The notes under the pieces: generated by a model | Databases searched by the model: none | What the model was told of the DNA's origin: nothing | The model's input: only the letters and a program-made list of their open reading frames with translations | In this document: positions 19,500-29,713 of the stretch, one piece after another | Layout: every line of letters starts with the position of its first letter | Position numbering within the stretch: the stretch's first letter is position 1 | From: Planctomycetota bacterium | Lineage (GTDB): Bacteria; Planctomycetota; UBA11346 | Assembly: GCA_038231435.1 (NCBI GenBank) | Contig: JBBRLJ010000013.1 | Coordinates: 32,001 to 96,000, forward strand | DNA length: 64,000 nucleotides | Reading direction: 5' to 3' | Program-made: the position numbers and the translations under genes

Positions 19500-20539
19500 G
19501 TCCCGCCCCGCAGCCGTGGTTCGATGAGCAGGATGAAGCCGATCAGCGCCGTGCCCAGCGCCAGGGGGATGGCGAAGCGGTCGGTGAAGTCATCGCGCGT
19601 GCGCACCTCGTGCGGCGTGGGCTCGAGTTTATCGATCTGCTTGAGCACCTGCTCGAGGCCGGGCCGGTCGTTCGCAGGGAAGGACATGCCGCTGGCGACG
19701 GCAACGATCGCTTGCAGGCGTTCCATGTCGGGGAGCAGGTTGCGCGGCGTCGGCATGCTCATGACGCGCCCGAACATGTCCTCCTGGGTGACGGTGCCGT
19801 GCGGATCGCCGACGCCGATTCCGTAGAGCTTGATGCCGGTCTCGGCCGCGTGCCTGGCCGCGATCAGCGGATCGATCCAGTTCGGCAGCTCGCGCGAATC
19901 GGCGCCGTCGGTAATGAGGATCACCGCGCGGCCGCGCTGGTTGGGGTTGGACAGGCCCTTGATCGCGTAGCCGAGCCCGAGCCCGAGGTTGGTGCCGTCG
20001 CCGACGAATCCGCTCTCGCGCACGCCGCCCTGCCGCATCGACCAGCGCTGGCGCTGCTGCTTCTCGGTGCGCTCGAGGAAATCGATCGCGGTCTGGTGGT
20101 CGTAGGTGAGGGGGCAGCTGGTCACCGCGGTGGACGCGAAGAATACCAGGCCGATGCGGTCGTCGGGGCGTTTGCCGATGAACTGCTTCGCCGCGTCGAA
20201 GACCGCGGCCATGCGGTCGTCACGGCCGCCGCGCTCGTCGGCGATGTCCTTCATGGTCATGCTCAGGCTGGTGTCGATCACCAGCATCAGGTCGCGGCCC
20301 TCCTGCTGGTGCTCGACGATCGAGCGGCCGTACTGTGGCCTGGCAGCCGCGATCGCCAGGCAACTCAGCCCGATCGCGAGCAGCCAGCGGAACACCATGG
20401 GCCCACGGCTCAGCGGCAGCGCCGAAGCGAGCGGGAAGGGGGCGAACAGCGCACCGCCGCGGCGGTCGCGCGTGAACGCGACCAGCAGCGCGAGCGCGAT
20501 CAGGGCCAGCATCCACGGATCGGCGAAGCGGAAGGTCAT
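19496..20539 (-). CDS. BatA-like vWA domain protein
   Basis: F.FADPW, AARPQ, MIDAS DTSLSM, DRIGLVFF, LITDG. Confidence 0.9.
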   Translation of the reverse strand: MTFRFADPWMLALIALALLVAFTRDRRGGALFAPFPLASALPLSRGPMVFRWLLAIGLSCLAIAAARPQYGRSIVEHQQEGRDLMLVIDTSLSMTMKDIADERGGRDDRMAAVFDAAKQFIGKRPDDRIGLVFFASTAVTSCPLTYDHQTAIDFLERTEKQQRQRWSMRQGGVRESGFVGDGTNLGLGLGYAIKGLSNPNQRGRAVILITDGADSRELPNWIDPLIAARHAAETGIKLYGIGVGDPHGTVTQEDMFGRVMSMPTPRNLLPDMERLQAIVAVASGMSFPANDRPGLEQVLKQIDKLEPTPHEVRTRDDFTDRFAIPLALGTALIGFILLIEPRLRGGT

Positions 20540-21657
20540 GCGGCGCCCGTCCCCGTCCCCGGCGGGGCAGCGGCGGCGCCGGCGCGGCGACCCTGCTTGA
20601 TCTGCTGGCGTGCGCGTTCCTCGTCGTCCAAGCGGTTCTGCACCGCGAGGCTCCAGCGCGAGCTCGCCTCCATCAGCGGCTTCAACGCACCGATCACCAG
20701 GTTGTCGGCGGCCCAGCGTAGCGCGTCGAGGTTCTCGAGCAGGCGGCCGAGTTCGCGCGCCTCCTCGCTGAAAGTGGCGGGCGCGAGCGCGCGCACCGCG
20801 GCCGCGGCTTCACGCGCGGTCGAGCCGGGGCCGTCGAAATTCCAGATCGAGCCTGCGTAGCGGCGCAGCGCCAGGCTGATGCGCGCGCCGGCCTCCTTGC
20901 CGTCCTCGGCGCGGGCGGCTTCGGAGAGTTCGCGCGCGAAGATCTCGCGCGGCCGCGGCGCAGCGGCTGCGCGCAGGCGGCGGCGCCGGGCGATCACCAG
21001 GCCCAGGAGACCTGCCAGCGCCAGGCATCCGCCCGCGATCCAGGCCCACAGCCGCGCCGGCCCCATGCCGGGCGGTGGGCGTTTCATCAGCGGACGGGCA
21101 TCAGGCGGCCCGGGCGCGTCCTTGTTGGCGCCGACCTGCACGATCACGGTGTTCGCCACCGCGCGCACGCCCACACCGTGCTCGGGCGCGGCGCTGAACG
21201 CCGGCCGCGGCAGTTCCCACGCGCCGCTGGAGACCGGACAGACGGTGAGCGAGAATGAGCGCTCCTCACGGCCATCGCCAGCGAGCTTGCGCGGGGGCGG
21301 CGAGGCGATCACGAACTGGCCCTGGAAATCGCGCGATGGATTCGGCTCGTCGGCGCGCCAGCCGCGCGGCCAGCGGTAGGTTATCGTGACCACCACGTTG
21401 TCGCCCATGGTCAGCTCGGCCGGTGCCGCCGACATCTCGACCGTCACCCGCGGATCGGCCGGCGCCGTGGCGGCGGACTCGTTATCGGCGGCCGGCATCG
21501 CAGCGGCCGAGTACAGCAACGCCATGAGGCAGTGCGCGAGCCATTGTCCTTGAGGTCCTTGAGGTCCTTGAGGTCCACGAGAGCCGCGCTGGCCTTGCCG
21601 CGCGGGCCGCGTCGGGTTCGCGATGGTGGGCGTGCGCCGCGCAGCGGGATCACCCAT
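20536..21657 (-). CDS. Membrane-anchored hypothetical protein of the Bat operon (start uncertain, 21657 or 21525)
   Basis: Beta domain, TM segment, ISLALRRY helix; sits between DUF58 and vWA genes. Confidence 0.65.
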   Translation of the reverse strand: MGDPAARRTPTIANPTRPARQGQRGSRGPQGPQGPQGQWLAHCLMALLYSAAAMPAADNESAATAPADPRVTVEMSAAPAELTMGDNVVVTITYRWPRGWRADEPNPSRDFQGQFVIASPPPRKLAGDGREERSFSLTVCPVSSGAWELPRPAFSAAPEHGVGVRAVANTVIVQVGANKDAPGPPDARPLMKRPPPGMGPARLWAWIAGGCLALAGLLGLVIARRRRLRAAAAPRPREIFARELSEAARAEDGKEAGARISLALRRYAGSIWNFDGPGSTAREAAAAVRALAPATFSEEARELGRLLENLDALRWAADNLVIGALKPLMEASSRWSLAVQNRLDDEERARQQIKQGRRAGAAAAPPGTGTGAA

Positions 21658-22608
21658 GGATCCGCCTGCGGCGTTCCTTGAAGAAACGCGTGAGCGCCGA
21701 CAGCGCGCTGCGGTCGGTGCGCAGATCGACGAGATCGCAACCCGCGCCCTGGAAGGCCTCCTGGGTGCGGCCGCGCGCCGCCCGCCAGGCATCCGCGTAG
21801 CGGGCGCGGGACCTGGAGCCCCCGCGCAACGCCAGCACCTGCGAGCCCTCGGGATCCTGGATCAGCAGCGGCGCCGATCCCGTGGGCAGCGCCTCTTCGC
21901 CCGGATCGGTGACGCGCAGGCCGACGACGTCGTGCCGACGCGCGGCGCGCGCGAGCGAACCGGCGAAACGCTGCACGCTGCCGTCGACCGGGAACAGGAA
22001 ATCAGAGATCACGAAGCATACCGCGCGACGCTTGGCGACCCTGCCGAGCTCGTCGAGGGCCTCGGGCAGCCCGGTCGCCAGCGAGGTCCCGAGCAGGCGC
22101 GGCGCGGCGAGCACCTCGCGCACCAGGCGCATCGCGTGGCCGCGGCCCTTGCGCGCCGGCAGGTGCAGCTCGGTGCGGTCGCTGAAGAGCACCAGGCCGA
22201 TGCGGTCGTGGTTACGCAATGCGGTGACGCCGACCACCGCCGCGGCTTCGGCGGCGAGCGCGATCTTCGCGCGCGGCGAGATGCCGGGGATCGCGCCGAA
22301 GCGCATCGACGCGCTGACATCCACCAGCAGCATGGTGGTGAGCTCGCGCTCCTCGCGGTACACCTTCACGTACGGCCGGCCGGCGCGCGCGGTGACATTC
22401 CAATCGATGGTGCGGATGTCGTCGCCGGGCGTGTACTCGCGCACCTCGTCGAATTCCATGCCCTGGCCGCGGAATGCCGACCTGTAGCGCCCCGCGGCGA
22501 GCGACGACACCATGCGATTGGTGCGCAGCTCGATGCGTTTCACCTGGCGCAGGATGTCCTTCAGATCCGTTGCGGCTTGGGTGTTGGATTGCTGTCGCGC
22601 TGGCAGGC

Positions 22609-22612
<4 letters not shown>
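21650..22612 (-). CDS. DUF58 family protein
   Basis: FRGQGMEFDEVREYTPGDDIRTIDWNVTAR, DVSASM. Confidence 0.93.
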
Positions 22613-23649
<1,037 letters not shown>

Positions 23650-23935
23650 GACGGCTCCAGGCGGGGGACCACGGACGGTCCGAGAACGGGCACACAGGTG
23701 ACGTGCGCGTCATAGCGGTCTTTCTGCCTTCCGGAACCGGCCACGTCGCGCCAGGCCCTGGTCCGGGGACAACCTGGGTGACGGGCCAGCGGCACGCGGC
23801 GGTGGCCGGGGGCCGAGGCCGCCGCGGTGGATGACCGCGTCATGGACATTCGTCGCCACCGCGGGGCCGCACCACCGGCTCGTCCCATGGCCGGTCGGTC
23901 ACGGTATCGTCGATGTCGGGGCTCGGCCGGCTCGC

Positions 23936-26900
23936 TCAGGGATACGGGCTGTCGGCCGCGTAGCTCAGGCCCTGCGGCACGCCGCCCTGGTCGTCGCGGA
24001 TGCGCATCACGAAGCCCCAGCCGCCGCCGCCTTGGGTGATCAGCAGCAGCACGTCGTTCCAGCCCGCATGCAGCTTGACGCCTGGCACCTTGTCCTGATC
24101 CGCGGTGATGCCGCGCGCGCCGGCGAACGTGTGCACGCAGACGCCGTTGACGCTGACGCGCACACCGTCATCGCTGCCGAGCCACAGCTGCACCACGCGA
24201 TCGGCGTCGGCGTGCACGTAGACGTGGGCGTGGGCGCCGACGTTGCTGCCGCCGATCAGGCTGCCGAGGTCGACGGGGCCGTCGGCGGACACGTACTGCC
24301 AGTCGCCGCCGCGCGCGGGATGCACGTTCTCATCGATGAGCGGCTTGTCGACCTTCATCGGATCGATGCCCTGCTTCACCGCGCCGACCAGGTATTCGCG
24401 GATGTAGCCGTCGCCCACCGGCAGGCCGGGCTGGGGCGTGAAGGCGAACACGCCGGCCGCCGCCGCGCCATCGCTGGCGCGCACGCCGCTGAAGGTCATG
24501 TGCTGTTCGGCGCCGAGCGGCCAGGCACGGTCGGCGGTCAGGCGCAGCAGGCGGCCGTCGGCTGCGAGCGCGACCGCGGTGATCGCGAGCCCGTCGACAT
24601 GGAAAGAGGCGGCATTCTTGGCCGAGGTGGGATCGATGGGCTTGCTCGACTGCAACGTCAGCACGGTGCCGACCGCGGATACGCAGCGCCAGTGCGGCGG
24701 GCCGACGGTATCGGTATAGACCACCTCGCCGAATCCCTCGGGATCCATGACGGGCAGGCTGGCCGCTCCGCCAGCGGAGGCCCAGGCGACCTCGCCGCCG
24801 GCCGCGCCGCGCAGCACCAGCTGCAGGCGCGACACCGCGCCGAGCGCGGGATCCCCGCCTACCAGGCTCGCCGGCAGCTCGGCTTCGATGCGCCAGCCGC
24901 GCTGGGTCCGCGCGCCGAAGCAGGGCAGGATCTGCGCGCCGATGGCGGCATGCGCGCCGCCATCGGCGCCGCCATCGGTGAGGGTGAATTCGACGCGTTG
25001 CACCGGCTTGACCGGTTCATCGGCCGCGCGCGGCCTGGGCTCGGCGGCGGCGCCGACGATCATGATGATCGCGGCGGAAGAGGTCGGCGCGGCACCCACC
25101 TTGCCAACATGGTCCCAGGCGGCGCGACCGCCGAAGAGCGAGAAGGCGACGCCGGTGAGGGTCTTGCCCTCGAGGCCGAGACTGCTCGCCGGCACCTCGA
25201 GCCGCGCCCAGACTCCTGCCTTTGGCAATTCGCCAGCGTGGAAGCGGCTCGGCCCGGCCGCGCCCCAAGCCAGCTGATCCGCACCCCAGTACGCGCGATG
25301 CTCCCACGAGCCGTCGTTGAACTGCATCATCACCTCGGTGGGTGGATTCGCGGGATCGAGCCACACGTACGCGAGCAGGCGTTCGCCCGCGGCGATGGGC
25401 AGGCCGGGATTGGCGTTGGCGAAGTAATGTTGGTGCGGTCCGCCGGCGGCGTTCGAAACGCTCGCGGCAGCGCCGCTGAATGGCTTGGGATCGGCCGCCC
25501 AGGTCCAGGCGTCGCCGCCATCGGCGGTGGGCGCGGCTCCCGGCGGCAGCGCGTCCTCCACCCACACGGTCTCAGCCGGCTTGGCCGCCGTGGCGTCTTT
25601 GGCATCTTTGGCACTGCCGTCCGCGAAGGTCGGATCCACCGCCTCGAAGCCGACGTAGAGCTTGTGCTCCCCGTGCAGCAGGCGCGCTTCCAGCGACAGT
25701 CCCTGCGCCGAGACGGCGGTGGCGAGCGGCGTGGCGCCGGCGAATTCCTTGAAGTCGCCGTCGGCGGAGAAGCCTCCGTCGATGCGCGGTACGCTCGCGC
25801 TGCGCGCGGGGATGAAGGCGCTGACCTTGACCACCGCCTCGCCGTCGTCGTCGCGCGCGGTGAAGATAATGTCGCGGGTGCCGCGGCCGATGTGCTCGAC
25901 TGGCAGGGTGGCGGCAAAGGAGCCGTCGCCGCTCGCGCCATCGCCGTGGCGGCCGTCGTCGAACAGCGGCACGTCCTCGGAGCCGTCGCCGCGCGGGATG
26001 CGCGCGACCACGCTCTTCAGCGGTGCCGCGTCTCCACCGCCAGACACCGACAACACCACGTCCTTGCCGTCGGGGCCCAGGCGCACCGCGGCGCCGGCGA
26101 GATGCGGCACTGGACGCGCGATCAGGGTGAGGTCGTCGAAGTCGTAGGTGCGCGGAGCGCCGTCCTCGACGGTGAGCTGCATCTGGCGCAGGCCGAAGGG
26201 CGAGGCCTTCGAGCCGAAGGTCAGGTCGGCGAGCGGGATCGAGACGAAGCGCCAGGCCGGCCCTACGTCGGGCGCGTAGCGAGCCAGGTCCACCAGGTGC
26301 GACTTCTGACCGTTCTGGATCCCGGATCCCGAGCCGTCGTCATCGAGTTCGATCTTCAGCCGCGGCGGCCCCGGCTGATCGGAGCGGATGTAGAAGCCGA
26401 TCATCTTGTGGCGCGAGGTGTCGGTGCCGCCACCCCAGCCGTTCCAGCCCCAGCCGGCGCAGCCCGGCCCGGTGACGGTCAGGCGCAAGTGGGTCTTGCC
26501 GCTCAGCGGATGCTCGGACGAGCGGGCGATCGAGACGCCGCCGCCTCCACCATTCCACAGCGCGTCGTTGCCGGCGTTCTCGCCGTTCCACAGCACCGCG
26601 TCCACGGTGTTCGGCATCACCGTGAGCAGTGCCAAGCCGTGGGCGGACTCGCCGCCCTTGACGACGTTCACCGGCAGGGCGAACTGACCGGAACGCGGCG
26701 GTGCGACCTTCGCTACGCGCGCCGAGTACACGCCATCGCCGGCGGCTAGGTCTCCATCCTTGCCGTCGTCGTGCATTGGAACCGGTGGGACGACGGTGGG
26801 GGCGGGATTGGCGAGCGGCGAGAGATCGATCGAAACCTCGGCCCCGGCCGGAGCGCGACAGGTGAAGAGCACCGCGTCGACGCCGGCGACGGCGGCGGCG

Positions 26901-27940
26901 GGGCTCGCGCGCAAGGCGGTGGGCATCGGGCCGCGGCGCGCGGGCGCGCCGCGGTAGAGGTCGCCGTTGCGGCAGGCGTAGAGCATCGAGCCGCCGGCGT
27001 TCGCGGCGATGGATGAGCCCTCGCGCGCCCACGCGGTGGCGGCGAAGCCGTCGTCGAGCTTCTCCCAGGTGGCGAAGCCGTCGCGCGAGCGCATCACGCC
27101 CTGGCCGGCGGGATCGTACGCGTAGACCACCTCGTCCTTCGCCGAGCTCCAGCCGACCGCGACCGACACCGCGTCGGCCTCGGGCGGGCCCGGGTCGGGC
27201 TTGCGCATGGTGATGCCGAAATCGTCGCTCACGCTCAGGCCGGCGCCCTCGGTGCCGAACCACACGCGCTGCGGATCGAGCGGGCTCGCCACCAGCGCGC
27301 GCGGTGGCTCGGTGAGCACGCACAGCCAACCGCGGCTGGCATCATAGCGGAAGAAGCCATCGCCCTGCGCGGCGTTGCGTCCGGCGAAGAATACGGCGTT
27401 GGCCAGCACGATGCAGTCGTCGGCGCCGTAGTCCTCGGCGAACACCCGCCAGGTGCGTCCGCCATCGATGGTCATCGAGATGCCACGCTCGGCGAGCGAG
27501 TGGGTGGCGTAGATGGTGGTGAAGCTGGAGTCGCCGGCCGCGAACGCCAAGCAGCGGATGCGCGCGTGGGCCAGGCCGTGATCGGCGCCGCCGAGCGCGT
27601 TCCAGCCCGCACCGCCGTCGTCGCTGCGGAAGACGCCTGTGGCGGCAGTGCCGGCGTAGAGCGTCGCCGGACGGTTCGGAACCACCAGCAGGGCGGTGAT
27701 CTCGCCGAGCTGGGGCGCGGCGGGGAGCGCCGTGAAGGTGTCGCCGCCGTCGCGGGTCGCGACCAGGCCGGACGCGGTCCACACGTAGGCGGTCTCCGGA
27801 TCGATGGACGACGGGAAGACGCGCGTGGCCCCGGAAACACCATCGACGACGTGCCAGGCGAAGCCGTCATCGACGGCGGCAGCCTGGCCCGCGCAGACGA
27901 GCACCGCCGCCAGCGTGGTCGCGAGCCGGACGCCGATCAT
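23936..27940 (-). CDS. Large secreted modular protein (BNR/beta-propeller, choice-of-anchor-X-like, CBM-like, DOMON/CBM9-like, PA14-like)
   Basis: Signal peptide; S.DGG..W Asp-boxes; two DDG..GD...GDG motifs; GSDDGVRV.VNG...GWN C-terminal domain. Confidence 0.75.
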   Translation of the reverse strand: MIGVRLATTLAAVLVCAGQAAAVDDGFAWHVVDGVSGATRVFPSSIDPETAYVWTASGLVATRDGGDTFTALPAAPQLGEITALLVVPNRPATLYAGTAATGVFRSDDGGAGWNALGGADHGLAHARIRCLAFAAGDSSFTTIYATHSLAERGISMTIDGGRTWRVFAEDYGADDCIVLANAVFFAGRNAAQGDGFFRYDASRGWLCVLTEPPRALVASPLDPQRVWFGTEGAGLSVSDDFGITMRKPDPGPPEADAVSVAVGWSSAKDEVVYAYDPAGQGVMRSRDGFATWEKLDDGFAATAWAREGSSIAANAGGSMLYACRNGDLYRGAPARRGPMPTALRASPAAAVAGVDAVLFTCRAPAGAEVSIDLSPLANPAPTVVPPVPMHDDGKDGDLAAGDGVYSARVAKVAPPRSGQFALPVNVVKGGESAHGLALLTVMPNTVDAVLWNGENAGNDALWNGGGGGVSIARSSEHPLSGKTHLRLTVTGPGCAGWGWNGWGGGTDTSRHKMIGFYIRSDQPGPPRLKIELDDDGSGSGIQNGQKSHLVDLARYAPDVGPAWRFVSIPLADLTFGSKASPFGLRQMQLTVEDGAPRTYDFDDLTLIARPVPHLAGAAVRLGPDGKDVVLSVSGGGDAAPLKSVVARIPRGDGSEDVPLFDDGRHGDGASGDGSFAATLPVEHIGRGTRDIIFTARDDDGEAVVKVSAFIPARSASVPRIDGGFSADGDFKEFAGATPLATAVSAQGLSLEARLLHGEHKLYVGFEAVDPTFADGSAKDAKDATAAKPAETVWVEDALPPGAAPTADGGDAWTWAADPKPFSGAAASVSNAAGGPHQHYFANANPGLPIAAGERLLAYVWLDPANPPTEVMMQFNDGSWEHRAYWGADQLAWGAAGPSRFHAGELPKAGVWARLEVPASSLGLEGKTLTGVAFSLFGGRAAWDHVGKVGAAPTSSAAIIMIVGAAAEPRPRAADEPVKPVQRVEFTLTDGGADGGAHAAIGAQILPCFGARTQRGWRIEAELPASLVGGDPALGAVSRLQLVLRGAAGGEVAWASAGGAASLPVMDPEGFGEVVYTDTVGPPHWRCVSAVGTVLTLQSSKPIDPTSAKNAASFHVDGLAITAVALAADGRLLRLTADRAWPLGAEQHMTFSGVRASDGAAAAGVFAFTPQPGLPVGDGYIREYLVGAVKQGIDPMKVDKPLIDENVHPARGGDWQYVSADGPVDLGSLIGGSNVGAHAHVYVHADADRVVQLWLGSDDGVRVSVNGVCVHTFAGARGITADQDKVPGVKLHAGWNDVLLLITQGGGGWGFVMRIRDDQGGVPQGLSYAADSPYP

Positions 27941-28965
27941 GGTCGCCCCAGCACCAGGGTGCGTGCGAGCGCGCCGTCGTTACCGGAGCCAGCTGGGTCG
28001 CCGGAGCCGCCGGAACCGACCGCCTTGGTCGCGCCCTTGCCCGCATCGAAGATCGTCGCCGGGACGCCGTCGCCATCGTCCTCGAGCCCGGCCACCTCGG
28101 CGAGCACGCGGCGACCGGTGAAACCCTTGTGGTCGTTGAGGTCGTTGATCGCGGCGCGCGGCTCGGCCTCGCCCTCGGCGAACGGCGCTCCGGCGTAGAC
28201 CAGGCGGTAGATCTCCTGGTTCTCGCGCCCATGCACGATGGTGCCGCGGTCCTTGTCGGTGTTGGGATCCTTCTCCTCGCCATTGAGGAACTGGTTCTGG
28301 TACCAGGCCACGGTGGCGAACGCCGCGCCGTTGAAGGCGTCCAGGAGTGGCGTCTCCGGCTTCAATGCGCGCAGCAGGAACTCGCAGAAGTAGGGGGCGC
28401 TCTGCTTGACGTTCGCGCACAGGACCACCCGTCCGGGTTTGGCGAGCGCCTTCGCCCAGGCCGCTCCCTCGGGAGCCATGACCAGCACCGCTGCGTGCTT
28501 CGCACGCAGCGGCAGCAGCGCTTTCGCGACCTCGGCGTCGGCGAGATCGGGCCCCACCAGGCACAGCTTGCCGACGCCCTCCGATTGGTAGCCGTGGCCG
28601 ATCAGCACCACCACCGCCTGATCGTCGGGCGCGCAGGCCTTGGCCAGGTCCTCGAGCGCGTGCACCACCTGTTCTCGTGAGGCCGATCCGTTGTCATGGG
28701 AGTTTGTGGCTCCGGTGGATGACGCCGCGCCGGCGAGCACGCGCACGTTCGCCGCCGGGACCTTCTCCTGCTCGAGCACGTGTTGCCAGCCGGCGGTCCA
28801 GCGGCTGAAGTTTCCCGCCCAGGCGGCGCCCTCGCCCGGGTCGCCGGCGATGATCACCGCGCGGCACTCGGCGGCGGTGGCCGAGCCGAGGCAGAGAGCG
28901 AGCACGCAGCATCGCATCCAGCAGCGCATCCTGCATCGCATCCAAAATGTCTTCATGGGCTCCAT
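27937..28965 (-). CDS. Exported caspase/legumain (C13)-like fold protein
   Basis: AVIIAGDPG, VVLIGHG, GPDL; catalytic Cys not apparent. Confidence 0.55.
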   Translation of the reverse strand: MEPMKTFWMRCRMRCWMRCCVLALCLGSATAAECRAVIIAGDPGEGAAWAGNFSRWTAGWQHVLEQEKVPAANVRVLAGAASSTGATNSHDNGSASREQVVHALEDLAKACAPDDQAVVVLIGHGYQSEGVGKLCLVGPDLADAEVAKALLPLRAKHAAVLVMAPEGAAWAKALAKPGRVVLCANVKQSAPYFCEFLLRALKPETPLLDAFNGAAFATVAWYQNQFLNGEEKDPNTDKDRGTIVHGRENQEIYRLVYAGAPFAEGEAEPRAAINDLNDHKGFTGRRVLAEVAGLEDDGDGVPATIFDAGKGATKAVGSGGSGDPAGSGNDGALARTLVLGRP

Positions 28966-28975
28966 CCTCGAAGGC

Positions 28976-29713
28976 CTAGTGCGTCAGGCAGTAGACGACG
29001 GTGTTGACGCCCATCTTGATGGAATCCTTGCAGTACTCCTGGTTCAGGTTCTGGAACCCGACCCAGCCGCAGTGGATATCGCCCGAGGTGCACAATGCCA
29101 TCAGGCGGCCGGTCTCGTGGTCGAACACGCCCATCGCCGGGTGCACCTCGCCCTGCACCCACGGCACGTGCTCGAGTTTGTAGAAGCAGGTGTAGATCTC
29201 GTGATCATCCGGAACCTCGCGCACCACCTGGTCGGGGAACAGGCGCTTCATCTCGCTGCAGAACGAGGCGTAGAACAGGCTCTCGTTGGTCTGGTTCCAC
29301 ACGCAGTCGTCGGCGAGCAGGAAGCCGCCGCGCAGCAGGTACTCGCGCAGATTCTTGCCGTCGACCTCGGAGAGCTTGAAGTGCGCCTCGGAGGTCATGA
29401 ACACGAACGGATACTGCATCAGCTGATCGGGATGGGCGAGGTTCACCACGACCGGATCGACCAGCACGTTGATGTTGGTCATGGCCTTGAGCGAGTCGCG
29501 CAGCTTCTGGTCGCCGATCGGCCAGGCGTCCCACTTGTCCGGCAGGTTCTCGGTGCAGGTGAACTGCAGGCGCGGAAAGAAGAACTGACCGGTCTGTACC
29601 AGCTGCTGGGCGTTCCTCGGCGCCGGATCGGCCGCCGAGGCGTTGGCGAGGACGCAGGCGAGGAGCGCCAGCGCACGCAGGATGAGGCGTGGGTTCATGG
29701 GTGTCCCGTTCAT
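28976..29713 (-). CDS. DUF4159 family protein
   Basis: YPFVFMT, LREYLLRGGFLLADD, DIHCGW, MGVNTVVYCLTH. Confidence 0.85.
   Translation of the reverse strand: MNGTPMNPRLILRALALLACVLANASAADPAPRNAQQLVQTGQFFFPRLQFTCTENLPDKWDAWPIGDQKLRDSLKAMTNINVLVDPVVVNLAHPDQLMQYPFVFMTSEAHFKLSEVDGKNLREYLLRGGFLLADDCVWNQTNESLFYASFCSEMKRLFPDQVVREVPDDHEIYTCFYKLEHVPWVQGEVHPAMGVFDHETGRLMALCTSGDIHCGWVGFQNLNQEYCKDSIKMGVNTVVYCLTH

Noticed and set aside
23831..26749. 972-aa plus-strand ORF and similar long antisense ORFs (2192..3676, 12332..14284, 43134..45278, 45853..47823)
   Set aside because: These are shadow frames of high-GC genes, Arg/Ala/Gly-rich with no motifs.
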